Assembly: GCA_030141605.1 (NCBI GenBank)
Contig: JAQGDQ010000040.1
Span: 186,001-250,000, forward strand
Source of the DNA: Tubiluchus corallicola
Taxonomy: Eukaryota > Animalia > Priapulida
DNA: 64,000 bases
Reading direction: 5' to 3'
The notes below the pieces were generated by a model, which saw nothing but the letters and a program-made list of their open reading frames with translations, did not search any database and was not told the DNA's origin. Each line of letters begins with the position of its first letter. The stretch's first letter is position 1. This document shows positions 1 to 12,196 of this stretch, one piece after another. A program made the translations under genes and the position numbers.

Positions 1-585
1 TAGGCTTTGCCACTAAGTGCTGGATCGTAGCTTACAATGTAGTACTGTATCACCTGGTGACTGCACACATTTTCTTTAGTCACACATGGTTCTCAATTTT
101 TTGATACCATAGTTTTAGTGAGGCAGCAAACCAAAATTGTGGAATGATTTACAAATTCATGCACGTAAAAGCAATAATGTTCAAAAGTTGAAATCATTTT
201 TTAAAATGTATTTTTATAAAGAATCATTTTTAATTAATTAGAAATTTAATTATTAGTTATTATATGGACTTATGGATTTAATTTGGGCTAATTTCTGGTG
301 ATTTTTGTATACATTTACTATAATTTTAGTTTTATCTATAATAGCCGATTGTGTACTGCTTGCGTGTTATGATTTTATGTATGTAAAATGTATTTGTCCG
401 TTTTAATGTTAATACATTTTAAATATTCAGTAAATTTTTATTTTGCTGACTGCCAAACTGTAAAAAGTGATCAGAGGTTCTGTGATGTTCTGGCAGTTCA
501 GGCTTCTCAAAATGGTTAGTTGACTTTTTTGGCACATTTGAATAGCGTGCTCTTGTGCTGGGATTCAGGGGGTGTGGCTTCAGGG

Positions 586-1072
586 TAGGGATGCACCGAA
601 ACCCGATTTTACCAAACCGAACTGAACTGGTACAAAAATTTTCAAACCTTTTTGGCTGAACCGATTTTAAAATGAATTTCTATCATTTTATTTTGCCGAA
701 ACCGAATTGAGCCAAACTCCACAAATTTTTTTACCAAAAACCGAATTATTAACTTATAGTAATAACTTTCAGTAGTTACACGCAACCTCAGCAGGTTTTT
801 CAAAAGAAGTTTATTTTCACACTTGGAGAAGTAAAATTTTTGTATTACATAAGCTCCTTGGTATGCTTACAAATTTCATCTTGATAACCCAAGTAGTAAG
901 GAACCAGTACTCAAATCAGTTTTCAGTAATAGATAACAGTATAATAATTACTTTGTTATTGTATCCTAACCAGTTCATGTAGTCAACATTTTACATAGTG
1001 CATTAGTGTCTCAAATATTTTACACTAAATTTCAATCTGCTGTGTTAAATTCCGAAGTTTGGTGCACCCTTA
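586..1072. mobile_element. hAT-like non-autonomous element (MITE)
   Basis: Imperfect TIRs TAGGGATGCACCGAAAC / GTTTGGTGCACCCTTA; many subterminal AAACCGAA-type repeats; 8-bp flanks CTTCAGGG (578-585) and CTTCTAGG (1073-1080) match 6/8, consistent with a decayed 8-bp TSD. Confidence 0.7.
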
Positions 1073-1717
1073 CTTCTAGGAGACTTTTTACTGTGCTAAC
1101 CGTGCTTTCATTGTAACTGCTAGTATTACGGTCTTCTATTCTTCTTGTTTTATTCTTTTTTAATAAGCGTATGCCTAGTATAGTCAAGTGGGGGACTTAC
1201 AGTTACAATTAATTACCTACCTACGAGTAATTTTACTTTACATCTTTAATAAGCTAAAGTCTGCATACTATACAGTTACGGTAAAATTCTTCAAAGATAG
1301 ATATAGTACTCAAGCTTCTACAATTTGTGTAGAAAATGATATTAATAATCGTTTTAAAGTTATTTCGCGTAAATGTACATATAATTTTAGATGCCGTGTT
1401 TTAAACTCTTCTAATGGTTTATTAAAATGTGCAATTTACACTAGTGATGTTTTTGTATGCTCCAAGATTTTTGCCCACTGGAATGCAATTTTAATGTACT
1501 TTCAGTACAAGTCATTTCTGTAAATATTTTAACTAATTTCTCTTCTTATTTTTCTGTAAATTGTAAGTTTATGTTTTTATAATTTGTTTTTTTTGGTAAT
1601 CATTGTATTGTTGTGGCTTTCGACTATATTTGCGAGCTGAAATCAAGAGTAAAATAAAAAAATGAATAATTTAAAGGGTAACTTGGGTGACTTTGCCTTT
1701 TTTATTTTCAAAACTAG

Positions 1718-4025
1718 CTGCAGACAAATTACAGACAGAGAGATGTGGCTGTGAGACATTGTATTAAAGAAGCCAAAGAAACTGTAGATGCTGTGAGAGA
1801 AAAGAAAAATGCAGAACCAGACAACATAGATTTGTTGAGACAACTTCGGAAGGAACAAACTACGGTATGTGTAATTAATGTAACTTAAAATGAGTTTGTA
1901 CAAAACTTAATGAAAATTCGTTTTGAGCAAAGTGTTCACATGTTTTGTAATAGACCATCAAATAATTAATGACAGCAAAAGTTTAAAGGAAAAACCAACT
2001 GTAAACAATATTCTTTATATATTGATATACACAAATTCAAAAATTTTGAAAATACTACGTAATATACATGCACAAGATACGTTGCTTAAGAATGCAAAAG
2101 AAATTTAGATAATTTGTATCTCCCATCAAACAAACCTTGCTGTGGGCATATTTGAAGAAAAATGATAGTATAAAGGTACGCATAACAAATTTTCTGTAAT
2201 TCACTCAGAAGGACCATTACTCTAGTTGACTAAATCTTTTTGTTTAACTGTGTTTATGTAAAAATTAGTCACTGGATCAATTAGCAGTAAGTTTCAAGTG
2301 CTTACTATCGAATAATTTCATTGTTAGTTGTAAAATTATAGCATAGTAGTTCGCCTGGGTACCAATAAGTATTTGAATGTAGCATTTGCCTTATATGGTG
2401 TTTTTGCATTTATACATCCATACATATTTTTTGTAACAACAGAAAAGTTTTTTTTACTTTTCAGACATTTTTCACGATGCAGTTTCCTTTAAATAATATA
2501 GGTTTCTGTTTTTCAGCTGAGGCTAATGCAAAATGAAATTAGCATAGAAGAAATTATTATGGACAGGACACTAAAGGCATGTCCTTTTATATTTTTATAT
2601 AATAAAATATAGATCGTATTTAGCATCTGGTTTAGCTGTGACAAAGGCTGATGTATTAGGCATCAAATTACGCAAATTGATATTAAAGGGGAGTCATTAA
2701 CGGATAGATATTAAGTCTTGGTCCAGAAACTAAACTACAATAGGACCCTGATTATCCTGACAGTCCGGTTCTAAGAGGTCGAAAAGTTAGGATAATCGAG
2801 AATGTTCGGATAAATAGGTTCTTTCACAAAACATTTCTTAGCAAAGCGAGGTGAGAGGTTAGCATGTGCGAAAAACCTCATTTTTGCGTCATCTTCATCA
2901 TTAATGTTAAAATAGCTAAAAATTGTGAATCACAGTTTTGTTTTCTTTGTCCAGATTATCGAGGTCCTACTGCGGTCTCTGCAGGTTAATTATGGTCTTT
3001 TTTCTGAATTTTCCATATTTTGCCATGTGCGTTAAAAATTTTACTGGATTCTTATAAAAATAAATGCATTTATTTTTATGAACATCCACCAGTCCGTGCT
3101 AATGTACTATAGTTGATCCTGTTTGACATGCATGTCTATGTGTGATGATGGATGACACGAGTAGTATTTTTACTAAGCTTAGTTTCAAACGCAAAATGTA
3201 TTGCAATTTCTGAATCAGTGAATCGACATTTATGAAATAACTTTTTAATGATTAAAGTCAAACTCAACCCTCACTATAATGTAAGCTTTTACAGCTTAAA
3301 ATCCTACTTTCTGTATGAATATTCAGTTTATTTTATTATAAACTTACTGTAAAACTTTGTTTCTCTTAATTTTTTATCACTTTGTTGTTAGAAGTATTAA
3401 ATTTGAAGAACCGCTTTTTTTTGCATTGCGCGAGACGAATGACATTATGAGTACAGTCACTAAGTCACCAAAGTTCGGTAAACAAGCATCGGTAACCAAA
3501 GACGCTTTCTGTACCTTGTACATTATTCTCACTTACTCGTGCCAAAGACTCGAAACATGGCAATTTTTACGGCAACACGCGCTTGAAATGAACCAGAAAA
3601 AGGTAAGTTATTTAATTTATAAGTTTCTTTTGTTTTATAATAACTATGAATTCTTTGTGTAATCATAATATTGTGTTTAAAAAACTTCAGTGTCTGTTGG
3701 GGTTATGTAGGCCTTTAACTCTGCAGAACCACACAGTGCCTTCAGCTAAATCTTGGTTGCGGTTATTTGACCTGTATAGATATAAATATAGACTAATATG
3801 ACAGAAATGTAAGAATAGTTACTAAACACACGTTTTTGCATGCTTTATTTCCTGACGTTAAGTGAATGTCCATTTATGATATCTAAGAGCAGAGAGCCTT
3901 TTAGAAACTGTATTTTAAGCCTGCTATTGCTAACATTTTTCATGATAAAATTTTCATTTTTCCAGGCATTTTCAGAACGATGTCGTCATCATTATAAACC
4001 AACTCATGGTCTCAAATTTTTATGA
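1718..4025 (+). CDS. MIX23: MIX23/CCDC58 mitochondrial matrix import factor, last three coding exons (5' exons not found in window)
   Basis: Exons 1718-1864, 2517-2576 and 3966-4025 splice in phase 0 to LQTNYRQRDVAVRHCIKEAKETVDAVREKKNAEPDNIDLLRQLRKEQTT/LRLMQNEISIEEIIMDRTLK/AFSERCRHHYKPTHGLKFL*. This matches the recalled human CCDC58 C-terminal half ([43 protein letters not shown]). AATAAA at 4185-4190. Confidence 0.9.
2738..2972. mobile_element. pogo/Tigger-like (Tc1-mariner) MITE in MIX23 intron
   Basis: Left end TA|CAATAGGACCCTGATTATCCTGA; right end reverse-complements to CAGTAGGACCTCGATAATCTGGA; CAGT-type termini with an internal GGATAATCGAG repeat. Confidence 0.6.
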
Positions 4026-5631
4026 TGTTTAGCAAATGTTAATGTTATTAGATTGTATGTGTTATTATTATTGGTCATTAGACTACTTGACAAAAGTCTG
4101 TTGCAGTACAAAGTAGTTTATGGCATCTTGGTCAAGTATTGTATTGTAGGCCTAGCATTGTAAAACAAAAATGAGTTTTTTTTCAATAAACACTGCACTG
4201 CTTAGTGTGCTTACTCTGTGTGAGCTAATTTTGAAACCAACTTTTCAACCAATACTACTCTGTGTTAGATCAGTTTTCCACACAGACTAATTATTCATAG
4301 AGACTAATTACACTAAACAGTGTAGTAAAAAGTGATGAAATTATTTGGTTTATATGTAGTACACAGCGAATATGTTTTTGTAGGACTCTAATGATTATAT
4401 AAGCTAAAAAATGGCTGTTTATGCCATGCTAACTTTCCTCTCTGGTGTGCATTTTTGGCTATTGTCTCTTAAAGCTCTGTCCTGGAGCCCTTACTTTTTC
4501 TAATTTATCTAATTTGATAAACTTGATGATTTTTAAGTTTCAAATTTACCGTCATATTTTTTAATGGATCCAAATTTGGCCAAGTGTTTATAATAAGAAT
4601 TAAAATAAACTGTATTTTGTACTGTACTGCACTGATTGCTTCATCAACTGACTCAAACTTTAACAGCTTTTTTACTAATGGCTTCTATATTTGACTGAAT
4701 CCATTCATCATAATATTGCTATACAGTGTTCTATTTGTCCTCAACCGTCTATTTACTCTACTGTGACCAACCCCGTCTTCAGTGTTGCTAAATAATCTGT
4801 TCAATGATGCATACGACTGTTTGTAATATAATTATGCACTATAATTTTCAACATTTGTAATTTTGTTAATTAAATTTTTCTTTCTTTGTTATCTATTGTC
4901 CATGAGAGGCTTTATGTTGGAATTCTTTCAGCTGTTAGTCAATCTGTAAATTAGATTAATGTGTAACAGTCTCTACTTGTTTATGTCACCTAAAGCGTCT
5001 TGGATAGTACTGTACCAAGAAAATTAATACCCTTGTTGTTTTACATTTGGTGAATAAGTAGAATATGTTTGGCATTGTTTGCTTAAAGTTAATTGTGTTG
5101 AAAGAGTACACCAAGAATCACTGAGTAGACTTTTCATTGTATTAGAAATAGATTGTTATTTTATAAGTTCAATGTGTTTGCAGTTATTATTATTGTTATT
5201 ACATAGGCTTTTCAGACGGCTTTCTTTCTAAATCTATCCTCAGTATCACAATGTTGTACAGTAAACATGATGACAAGTCTTTGCTTTAAAATGAAGTATT
5301 TATTTTAAATCAAAATCAGGAATTTACCTTCTTTTAGCAGTACTGAGGCAGCTGTTTCAGCTTGTTTTACTCAATTTAACTGCTTAAATTTGCTTGAATA
5401 ACAGGAAAAATAGTAAATTATCATTTAGGCTAATCTATGTTCGCACTCTTAATTTTAGCACTCAGCAATTTATTATAACATAAGTGTAAGAAGCATCTCT
5501 ATCCATCGAATGTGAATAATAAAAGCACATAACTACGTAGTGTGTAAGTTAAATTATGCATAGCACCTGTAATTTAAGTTCATGTTAAATACTAATGTAA
5601 AACTCAGAAGTGTGCTAAACAGTATATTTTT

Positions 5632-6823
5632 TTACAAGTAGTATCCAGATGGATAGCCGTAACCATATCGCCCATAGCCATAACCATAATCATAGGGATA
5701 ACCATAGCCGTAGGCAGAATATCCAAGATTATAGCCGTAACCTGGACGATAACCACGCCCAACGTATCCAGCTCTGTATCCGTAGGGGTTGTATCCGTAT
5801 GAGTAGTAACCAGCATTTGTAACGGCAAACATCTGTATTTAAATAAAGGTGATACATTAATAATCATTGCTGTTTGCGTTAAGTGCTGCATCCTCTGCAG
5901 TTAAGGACGTTTTTAAGTACGTGTCCTTAAGGATATGTCTAATCAAAAATACTTAATAATTTCATGACTGTGTTGCTAACCATGCAAACTTTATCAGAAT
6001 AATTTTTGGCCGCCGTGGTTTGATACTTGCTTTGGGAAGCATCATTCATAAACCTTGGCTGTTTACCTCTTAGAGGGAAGATGTGCATCTCCAAACATGG
6101 CTGAGATATGCCTGCTGGTTCAGTGGATCATATTAGAGGGTTAGGCTTGATAATGAGTCAGGTTCCAGTCGTGCCCCAAACATTTTGTTAAGTAAAACTT
6201 GTAATTAAGTGTTGGATTCTGGTTTGCAGTGTGCATAATACATATAAAAATCATTCTGGTTTAGACTGTGTAATTTTTGTTGTTGTTGGCTTCATGCTTA
6301 TAATTATAGATTCATAAGATGTGCGTGGATTCTGCAAGGAATTTCTTTATTTACATCAGCAACACAGTGATGCTTCATTTTTTAAAGAAACTTGTATTTT
6401 GAAGTAATCTGATTTATTTCAGTTGAACCTGGCTGTATTGATTCTCGCTGCATTCCTGAGTGTGCGCGTTTGATAAATGCGCAAACTAGTGTATTGCAAA
6501 AATACCATTTGTTTGACAAAATGGTGTAGCCCATTCATCGGGTTACCATTAAAAAGGTTATTCAAAAGCAAACTGAAGTCAATTTATATGCCTTTACAAA
6601 TATTGTAGACTTCACAAATGACTAGTAATTTTATTTAAACACTTATAAAATCTGCCAGGAAAATTTAAACACAGTGACAGTGCTTTAAGGCACAATACTT
6701 TTTCAGTTGGTCAATTAACAATTTTATTCCACAAAATAAAGTATTTTCTTGTAGTTTAAATGAAATTTTACTTACTGCAAGTAAGCCAACAACAACAAGA
6801 GCAATTGCCACGTATGTCTTCAT
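5632..6823 (-). CDS. Small secreted Gly/Tyr/Arg-rich protein A (82 aa; prisilkin/shematrin/NLP-29-like composition)
   Basis: Coding exons 6823-6776 (MKTYVAIALVVVGLLA, GTAAGT donor) and 5832-5632 (acceptor TACAG; MFAVTNA-GYYSYGYNPYGYRAGYVGRGYRPGYGY...GYYL*), joined in phase 0. Signal peptide probably cleaved after TNA. Confidence 0.85.
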
Positions 6824-7212
6824 TTTGGCTTGTTTGGCTGTAACAAAATCATTGAGGCTTGAGTCAAAATAAAATTGCTTGTGCAAGATAATTTACTCAG
6901 GTTTTAAAAGTGACAACATACAGTAGTCTTCAATTTACTAACTGAACGATTATTTATGGTTTTAATCAATCATCCCGTTCCTTTCTTTATGCTTGCCATG
7001 AAAATTATATGCATTTTAAAAAAGCATATAAACCTATTTAAAGCCAATTATTTACTGTTTTTAGTATTGCAAAACGTATTTTAATGCAACAATATCAATA
7101 TATAGTTTAAAAACTTTTGTTAATTAAGTACGTATTTGATTAACATGTTCAGGGTCTGCAATTTTCAACTGATACATTAATTTTAACAGAACTGAAAAAG
7201 TCGTGTACTTAC

Positions 7213-7304
7213 ATTCAGCTGTTTCCAGGCAACTAGGAAGATGCTTATTGCTCGGCTGGGATGCAGAGGAATACTTTTCCCTGTCGCTCGCAGTGTTTAT
7301 ATAA
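7213..7304 (-). promoter_or_regulatory. TATA-box promoter and non-coding first exon of Gly/Tyr gene A
   Basis: Minus-strand TATATAAA at about 7303-7296, followed by a ~55-nt exon ending at a GTAAGT donor (7212-7207); matching acceptor TTACAG 13 nt upstream of the ATG at 6823. Confidence 0.6.
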
Positions 7305-10155
7305 GCCCCTATCCGACTTTGACCTGATCTTTACCAAACAAATAATTACAGGTAGAAATTACCTGTGATTGTCGTATGTCATGGACATTCAACAGGCGGC
7401 GAGGGAAAATTGTTTGTGGCTGTTTAACCTCTTAACTGACACACGCGTTGCAAGTGTGTTATTTTAAATAAATATTGTTTGTTTAACCAATGACATGAGT
7501 TTTAGTTTTCATTTTTACAAGTAGAAGTTTGTGATGGTGCAATTAACAATAGGTAGACTGTTTTCACCTGTCCTTTTGTAATCATCTGCAAACATACATG
7601 CAGTTGAATAATTACGGGATAGAAACGTTATGGATCACTACACAAGGAAGAACCGTTATTTCTGCCATGTCACTCCCAGGGAGGAATTAGCTCATGTAGG
7701 GAAATGTATTTGGTCACAAAAAGGTCAGAGGATGAAAACCAGTTACTATTTCATTCGTTCATTACTATTTTATGTATGAATTCATTTATTCATCTATTAA
7801 GTTTTCATTTACTTATTCAATTTAATCACACAGTCATTCATTTATAATTCCATGCGATACTTATTTGCTCGTTATTTATTCTATTTCTTCAACTTTTTGT
7901 ATTTCTATTTTCATGATAATGATAATGATGTTTTTGTCATGCGTCTTTGCCCCTGCTAACCAAGAGACGTCATTGAGGCTACCTCTGATGAAGATTGTAA
8001 GATGTTGGACCACGAGAAACATGCGGCACATGTATGTCTAATTGTCCTACCCTTGCGAGAGTCGAATTCTTGTTTCTAAATGGCCTATATGTGTATGTGA
8101 ATATATATATATGGCTAAGACTACCTGCATGTGTCTAAATATTTTGTGGCGAAAAATGAAATTTTTTATATGCAATATAGGCTCAGTCGCACTTGCCTTT
8201 ATTGGCAATGCACAATTGTATTGTAAGATTGTATTGGCAAGTTGCTTTTTAATATGTTTAGTCCAAACAAACGCTCAAAAACCGACAAACATCGTTAATT
8301 CTCGCTCTCTCTTTCTCTTTTTGCGCAAAAGTTATTTTGCTCTGTCACTGACACGTATACATGTAAGACCTTAATTACTTATAACTACGCAAATTTGTGT
8401 CTCCGTCCTATATGTCGGCCAATACTCATTATGTGATTAAAAGCCTTAATCTGTATTATCCGTCTTAAACGAGAATTTATTATTATAATAGGAAACTGAA
8501 GAATTTCGAACTAATTATTTTAACACTGTGTAATTGCGTTTGTTAATAATATCTTAAAATCACCGAACGTTACTAAATAGCCACCCAAGGTCGAATTTTA
8601 TGGTCGCAAACAACAAAATTTTTTCGAAATTGCTTTTCTAATAATCGTGAAGGTTAATTATTATTCCCCTTTTATTATTAGCGGCTTTTTCTAATTGATT
8701 AATCGCTGCGTTAACAAATTTTTTACAGAGTTTGACTTCCCATCCAAACGTTTCAGTCATTTTCGTCATTATTATCAGAGTTTTTCTAAAATTAAAATTC
8801 GGTATTGTAAATTTTTTTGTATGTGAACTGTAGATAGCAACTATCGCTTTTTAATGAAAGTTTCATATTTCCGTAACAATTATTTTTACAATACAGTATA
8901 TAATTTTAATTTTCAGAAACCACAGATTCATGGAAATGAATCTAAAGCAGAAATGATGAATGTTTTATGAAGTAACGCTTTACTAGAATCATAAATGATA
9001 GAAAATGTGTTGAAGTTAGTGATGTGTCAGAGTTATTTTAAACTGCTTAATTTTGTAGCAGCTTTTGCTATCATAATTACAATAGTTAGTATTTTCCAGT
9101 GTTTACTTTTAGAATTAACGCTGCCTTTGAAAGTTATTAATATTTCAGTTATAATGATACTCCTCCTATACAGATTGAACTGATGGTATCAGTATGTTTA
9201 CCATGCTATCATATTCTGATGCACAGGGCGAGAAGAGTAGTTGACTGTGATTGTGTGCGCTTGGCGAACGAAATTAATAAGCAATTTTGTCACAATTAGT
9301 AAATGGATGGCGATCACTAAGAATATCGTTTGTCGCCATATTATGTTGTTGAAGGAGGATGTGTGCGTACATCCGAACGTAACTTTGACGTACCTCTTTA
9401 ACGTTTAGTATCTCGTCTTAGATTATCACATTGAGGCTGGGCTTCGGTTCTGCTACAGTCGTCAATGCAGTAAGTAGGTCTGGGTACTCGTATCACGAGA
9501 CCCCGCTAGCTAAGGCCAAAAGTAATAAAATCTGATCGTATCGGATTGAAAAAGCTATATACCAGACATCGGTGGTTGCTTCGATAGCATGCAGGATCGT
9601 TCGATTGTTGTGGTCATAAAGACCATCATGACCATGGGTTAGACATGCTATCAGTTGATACGTTTTTATTCGTCCCTTTTATAAAATGTACTTTGCTTCC
9701 TTTTTTTGGCCCAGCTCAAAGAATTAAAATAATTTCTCTTTTGTGAAATCGCATTAGTTTGTGAAACGAACGAACGTCTTATTAGCGCTACGACCCTGAA
9801 AATGCCGGCAATAATCTGTTTTCAGATTATTTTTTATTTAATTTATGTTCTGCACAACATTATCGATACATCTCTTTTGGTTTACCTCAGCATGCACAAC
9901 TCCCAAGTGCTGAAATTTTGCATCGCGGAAATTTTGCGCAAAAACTTTTCTCAAACAAAACACGTAGGAGAAGTCGAAGAAGAACAATAATTGAATTTAC
10001 GTAACGTATAGTGTTAGCTAGCATGTTATTTAAAGATAGTGAAAAGTAACTATAAAGTCTGTTTGGTACAGAAAATCTATTATTCTATGGTGAACATTTT
10101 ATATTAAATATAAATATTTAATGTGAAAGTTAATAGTGGACACAAGTTACATGAT

Positions 10156-12081
10156 ATGGCAAATTCAACTAAATCAGCTGACATTGGTAAGGTTACGATT
10201 CCACTATTAAGAGAAAAACTATATGAATCATTCCCGAATCAAATCACTATAAATGAGCACGTTGATGACACAGGCAGTGTAACAGTAAGAGGAGAGGAGT
10301 TACACAACTTGGTGTATGGCATGACGTATGCAATGAATATTCTAGAACCGAGGGCGAAAGTAACTGTGACCAGTAATGAACAGAAACAGTATTCAAGTTA
10401 CAAATTAAGCGTCTCAAGAAAAGTTACTATGATGTACATTAACAATGATAATGGTACAGTACAAATAACTAACGGCTGTTACCTAAAGTGGTGTTGGGAA
10501 AATTTGTGTGAATTTCTGAAACTGGCACAACGTCATCATCAAATCTACACTCAGGATAATATTATTCTCCATAGTGAAACGGAATATCCTAGTGCGATAC
10601 AGTTAAACTCACCCACACTTGATTATGTAATGAAAGACTCTCTCTCAGACACTGATGGTAATGAAGCTCATAACGTAAAAACATTAAGGCGTCGAACATG
10701 CCTATTTCAACCAAATTTAGACCTAGGATTTGACAATAGAGACGCACTACAAAACCAACTAGAAAAGCTAAATGAGCTAATTCTGAACCAGAATATTAGG
10801 CTAAGGAAAATCGAAGATGCCTTAAGTGCAAAGCCTAGACCATCTATAAATGTCGAAACACAGACGGATAACAGCGTACTAGAAAAGACAGACACGTATG
10901 GCAGAAAAACCGATGACAGAGACAATGTGCATAAGACCAACATTAGCGAGATGCGACATAATCCTACACCAAAAACTCTGAATGCTGCGACAGAGACCCT
11001 CATTTTAGGTGATTCGAGAACCAGATATCTAAACCCACAAGACATTTGCAGAAACATTCAAGTACACTCTTATAGGGGAATTACTATGGAGGAACTCAAA
11101 GAACTTGTTGCGACACAGTATCCTGCAAAAAAGATTGAAAGTGTCATTCTGACATGTGGAGTTAACGACATTAAACAAGCACTGGAGAGAACTCAATTTC
11201 AAGGCTCGGAATCATGCCAGCAAGAGGAAGAAATGGTTGCCGATTTAATCTGGAACACCAAGGACTGTATAGGTAATATTAAAGCAAAATTTGACTGTTG
11301 TAACATATTTGTTTGTAATATCCCCACGCTTAAATCAAATAAGTACGCACAGGCTAAAGTAATTGATATCGCAAAGGCAAATTCAAGCATTCGCTCGTAC
11401 AATGACCAGTTGCTTAATATGATTGAAAAATCAGAATTAGATGACGTCAAAATTTGTGATTTAGTTAGCCATTTCACAGATGAAAACTTAATGGCTAGAG
11501 ATGGCTTGCATTTTAGTAGGCTGGGGGTCAGCAAGTTAACAGAACGTATGAAATTGTGTATAAATGACAAAGATCGTTGGTACAGAGCGAAAAAAAGCAA
11601 CAGCTATCACGTATCTAGAGTACCTTCTGTAGAAAACAGTAATTTTAGGCCGTCAACTTATGCTAATGCAGTAAATGGGCCTTGTCCTATAAACGTGTCG
11701 AAGCCTGGCCTACTGCCGACCCCGTTTACAACAGATAATAGGTCATTAACTACTAGGCCCACAAGCATTACAACACCTGCAATTAGTACAAACCACTTCA
11801 ATGAGAAACCAGAACTTGTGAATAGGCCTAGCTCGTTTGTATTGAGCACCTCGTATTGTGCAGACAATAACAAGGACTCTTCTAACGCCGGTCAAATAAT
11901 GCACGAAGATGCTAGGTCTTCACATACAGATAATGAAAACACGGGATACACGAGAAGCGCAAACCAACACGATTTTGCAAACACGGAACCCTATATACAA
12001 AACAATCAGATTAAAAAGCAAGGTGAACTAAAAAAGGCCTTTAAAACACTGATGCGTGAACTCGTTGCTAAGGTCATATAG
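10156..12081 (+). CDS. LINE ORF1p: N-terminal alpha/beta domain, coiled coil, SGNH/GDSL esterase, low-complexity tail
   Basis: First ATG at 10156. Heptad segment LQNQLEKLNELILNQNIRLRKIEDAL. SGNH blocks I (LILGDS), II (SYRG), III (CGVND) and V (RDGLHFS) all present, as in esterase-bearing CR1/L2 ORF1 proteins. Confidence 0.85.
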   Translation: MANSTKSADIGKVTIPLLREKLYESFPNQITINEHVDDTGSVTVRGEELHNLVYGMTYAMNILEPRAKVTVTSNEQKQYSSYKLSVSRKVTMMYINNDNGTVQITNGCYLKWCWENLCEFLKLAQRHHQIYTQDNIILHSETEYPSAIQLNSPTLDYVMKDSLSDTDGNEAHNVKTLRRRTCLFQPNLDLGFDNRDALQNQLEKLNELILNQNIRLRKIEDALSAKPRPSINVETQTDNSVLEKTDTYGRKTDDRDNVHKTNISEMRHNPTPKTLNAATETLILGDSRTRYLNPQDICRNIQVHSYRGITMEELKELVATQYPAKKIESVILTCGVNDIKQALERTQFQGSESCQQEEEMVADLIWNTKDCIGNIKAKFDCCNIFVCNIPTLKSNKYAQAKVIDIAKANSSIRSYNDQLLNMIEKSELDDVKICDLVSHFTDENLMARDGLHFSRLGVSKLTERMKLCINDKDRWYRAKKSNSYHVSRVPSVENSNFRPSTYANAVNGPCPINVSKPGLLPTPFTTDNRSLTTRPTSITTPAISTNHFNEKPELVNRPSSFVLSTSYCADNNKDSSNAGQIMHEDARSSHTDNENTGYTRSANQHDFANTEPYIQNNQIKKQGELKKAFKTLMRELVAKVI

Positions 12082-12196
12082 AAATATACAGCACGCATAA
12101 TTAGAACCCCAGAATAAAATATAAAGTATTCTCGTACTAATAAATGTACACAAAGCTGTTTTTATCATTTTACTGTTTATATATTTTATCTAAATA

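Noticed and set aside
1188-1523. 111-aa ORF upstream of the MIX23 exons
   Set aside because: GTG start, AT-rich intron-like composition, no similarity to the MIX23 N-terminus.
3142-3213. C/D-box snoRNA candidate (GTGATGA ... CTGA) in MIX23 intron
   Set aside because: No terminal stem and no convincing rRNA-complementary guide that I could recognise.
6113-6177. tRNA-like A box (TGGTTCAGTGG) and B box (GGTTCCAGTC)
   Set aside because: Does not fold into a cloverleaf; at most a decayed tRNA-derived SINE head.
10707-11873. Three minus-strand ORFs (116, 133, 71 aa) opposite LINE ORF1
   Set aside because: Antisense shadows of an A-rich coding strand; no motifs and no independent promoter evidence.
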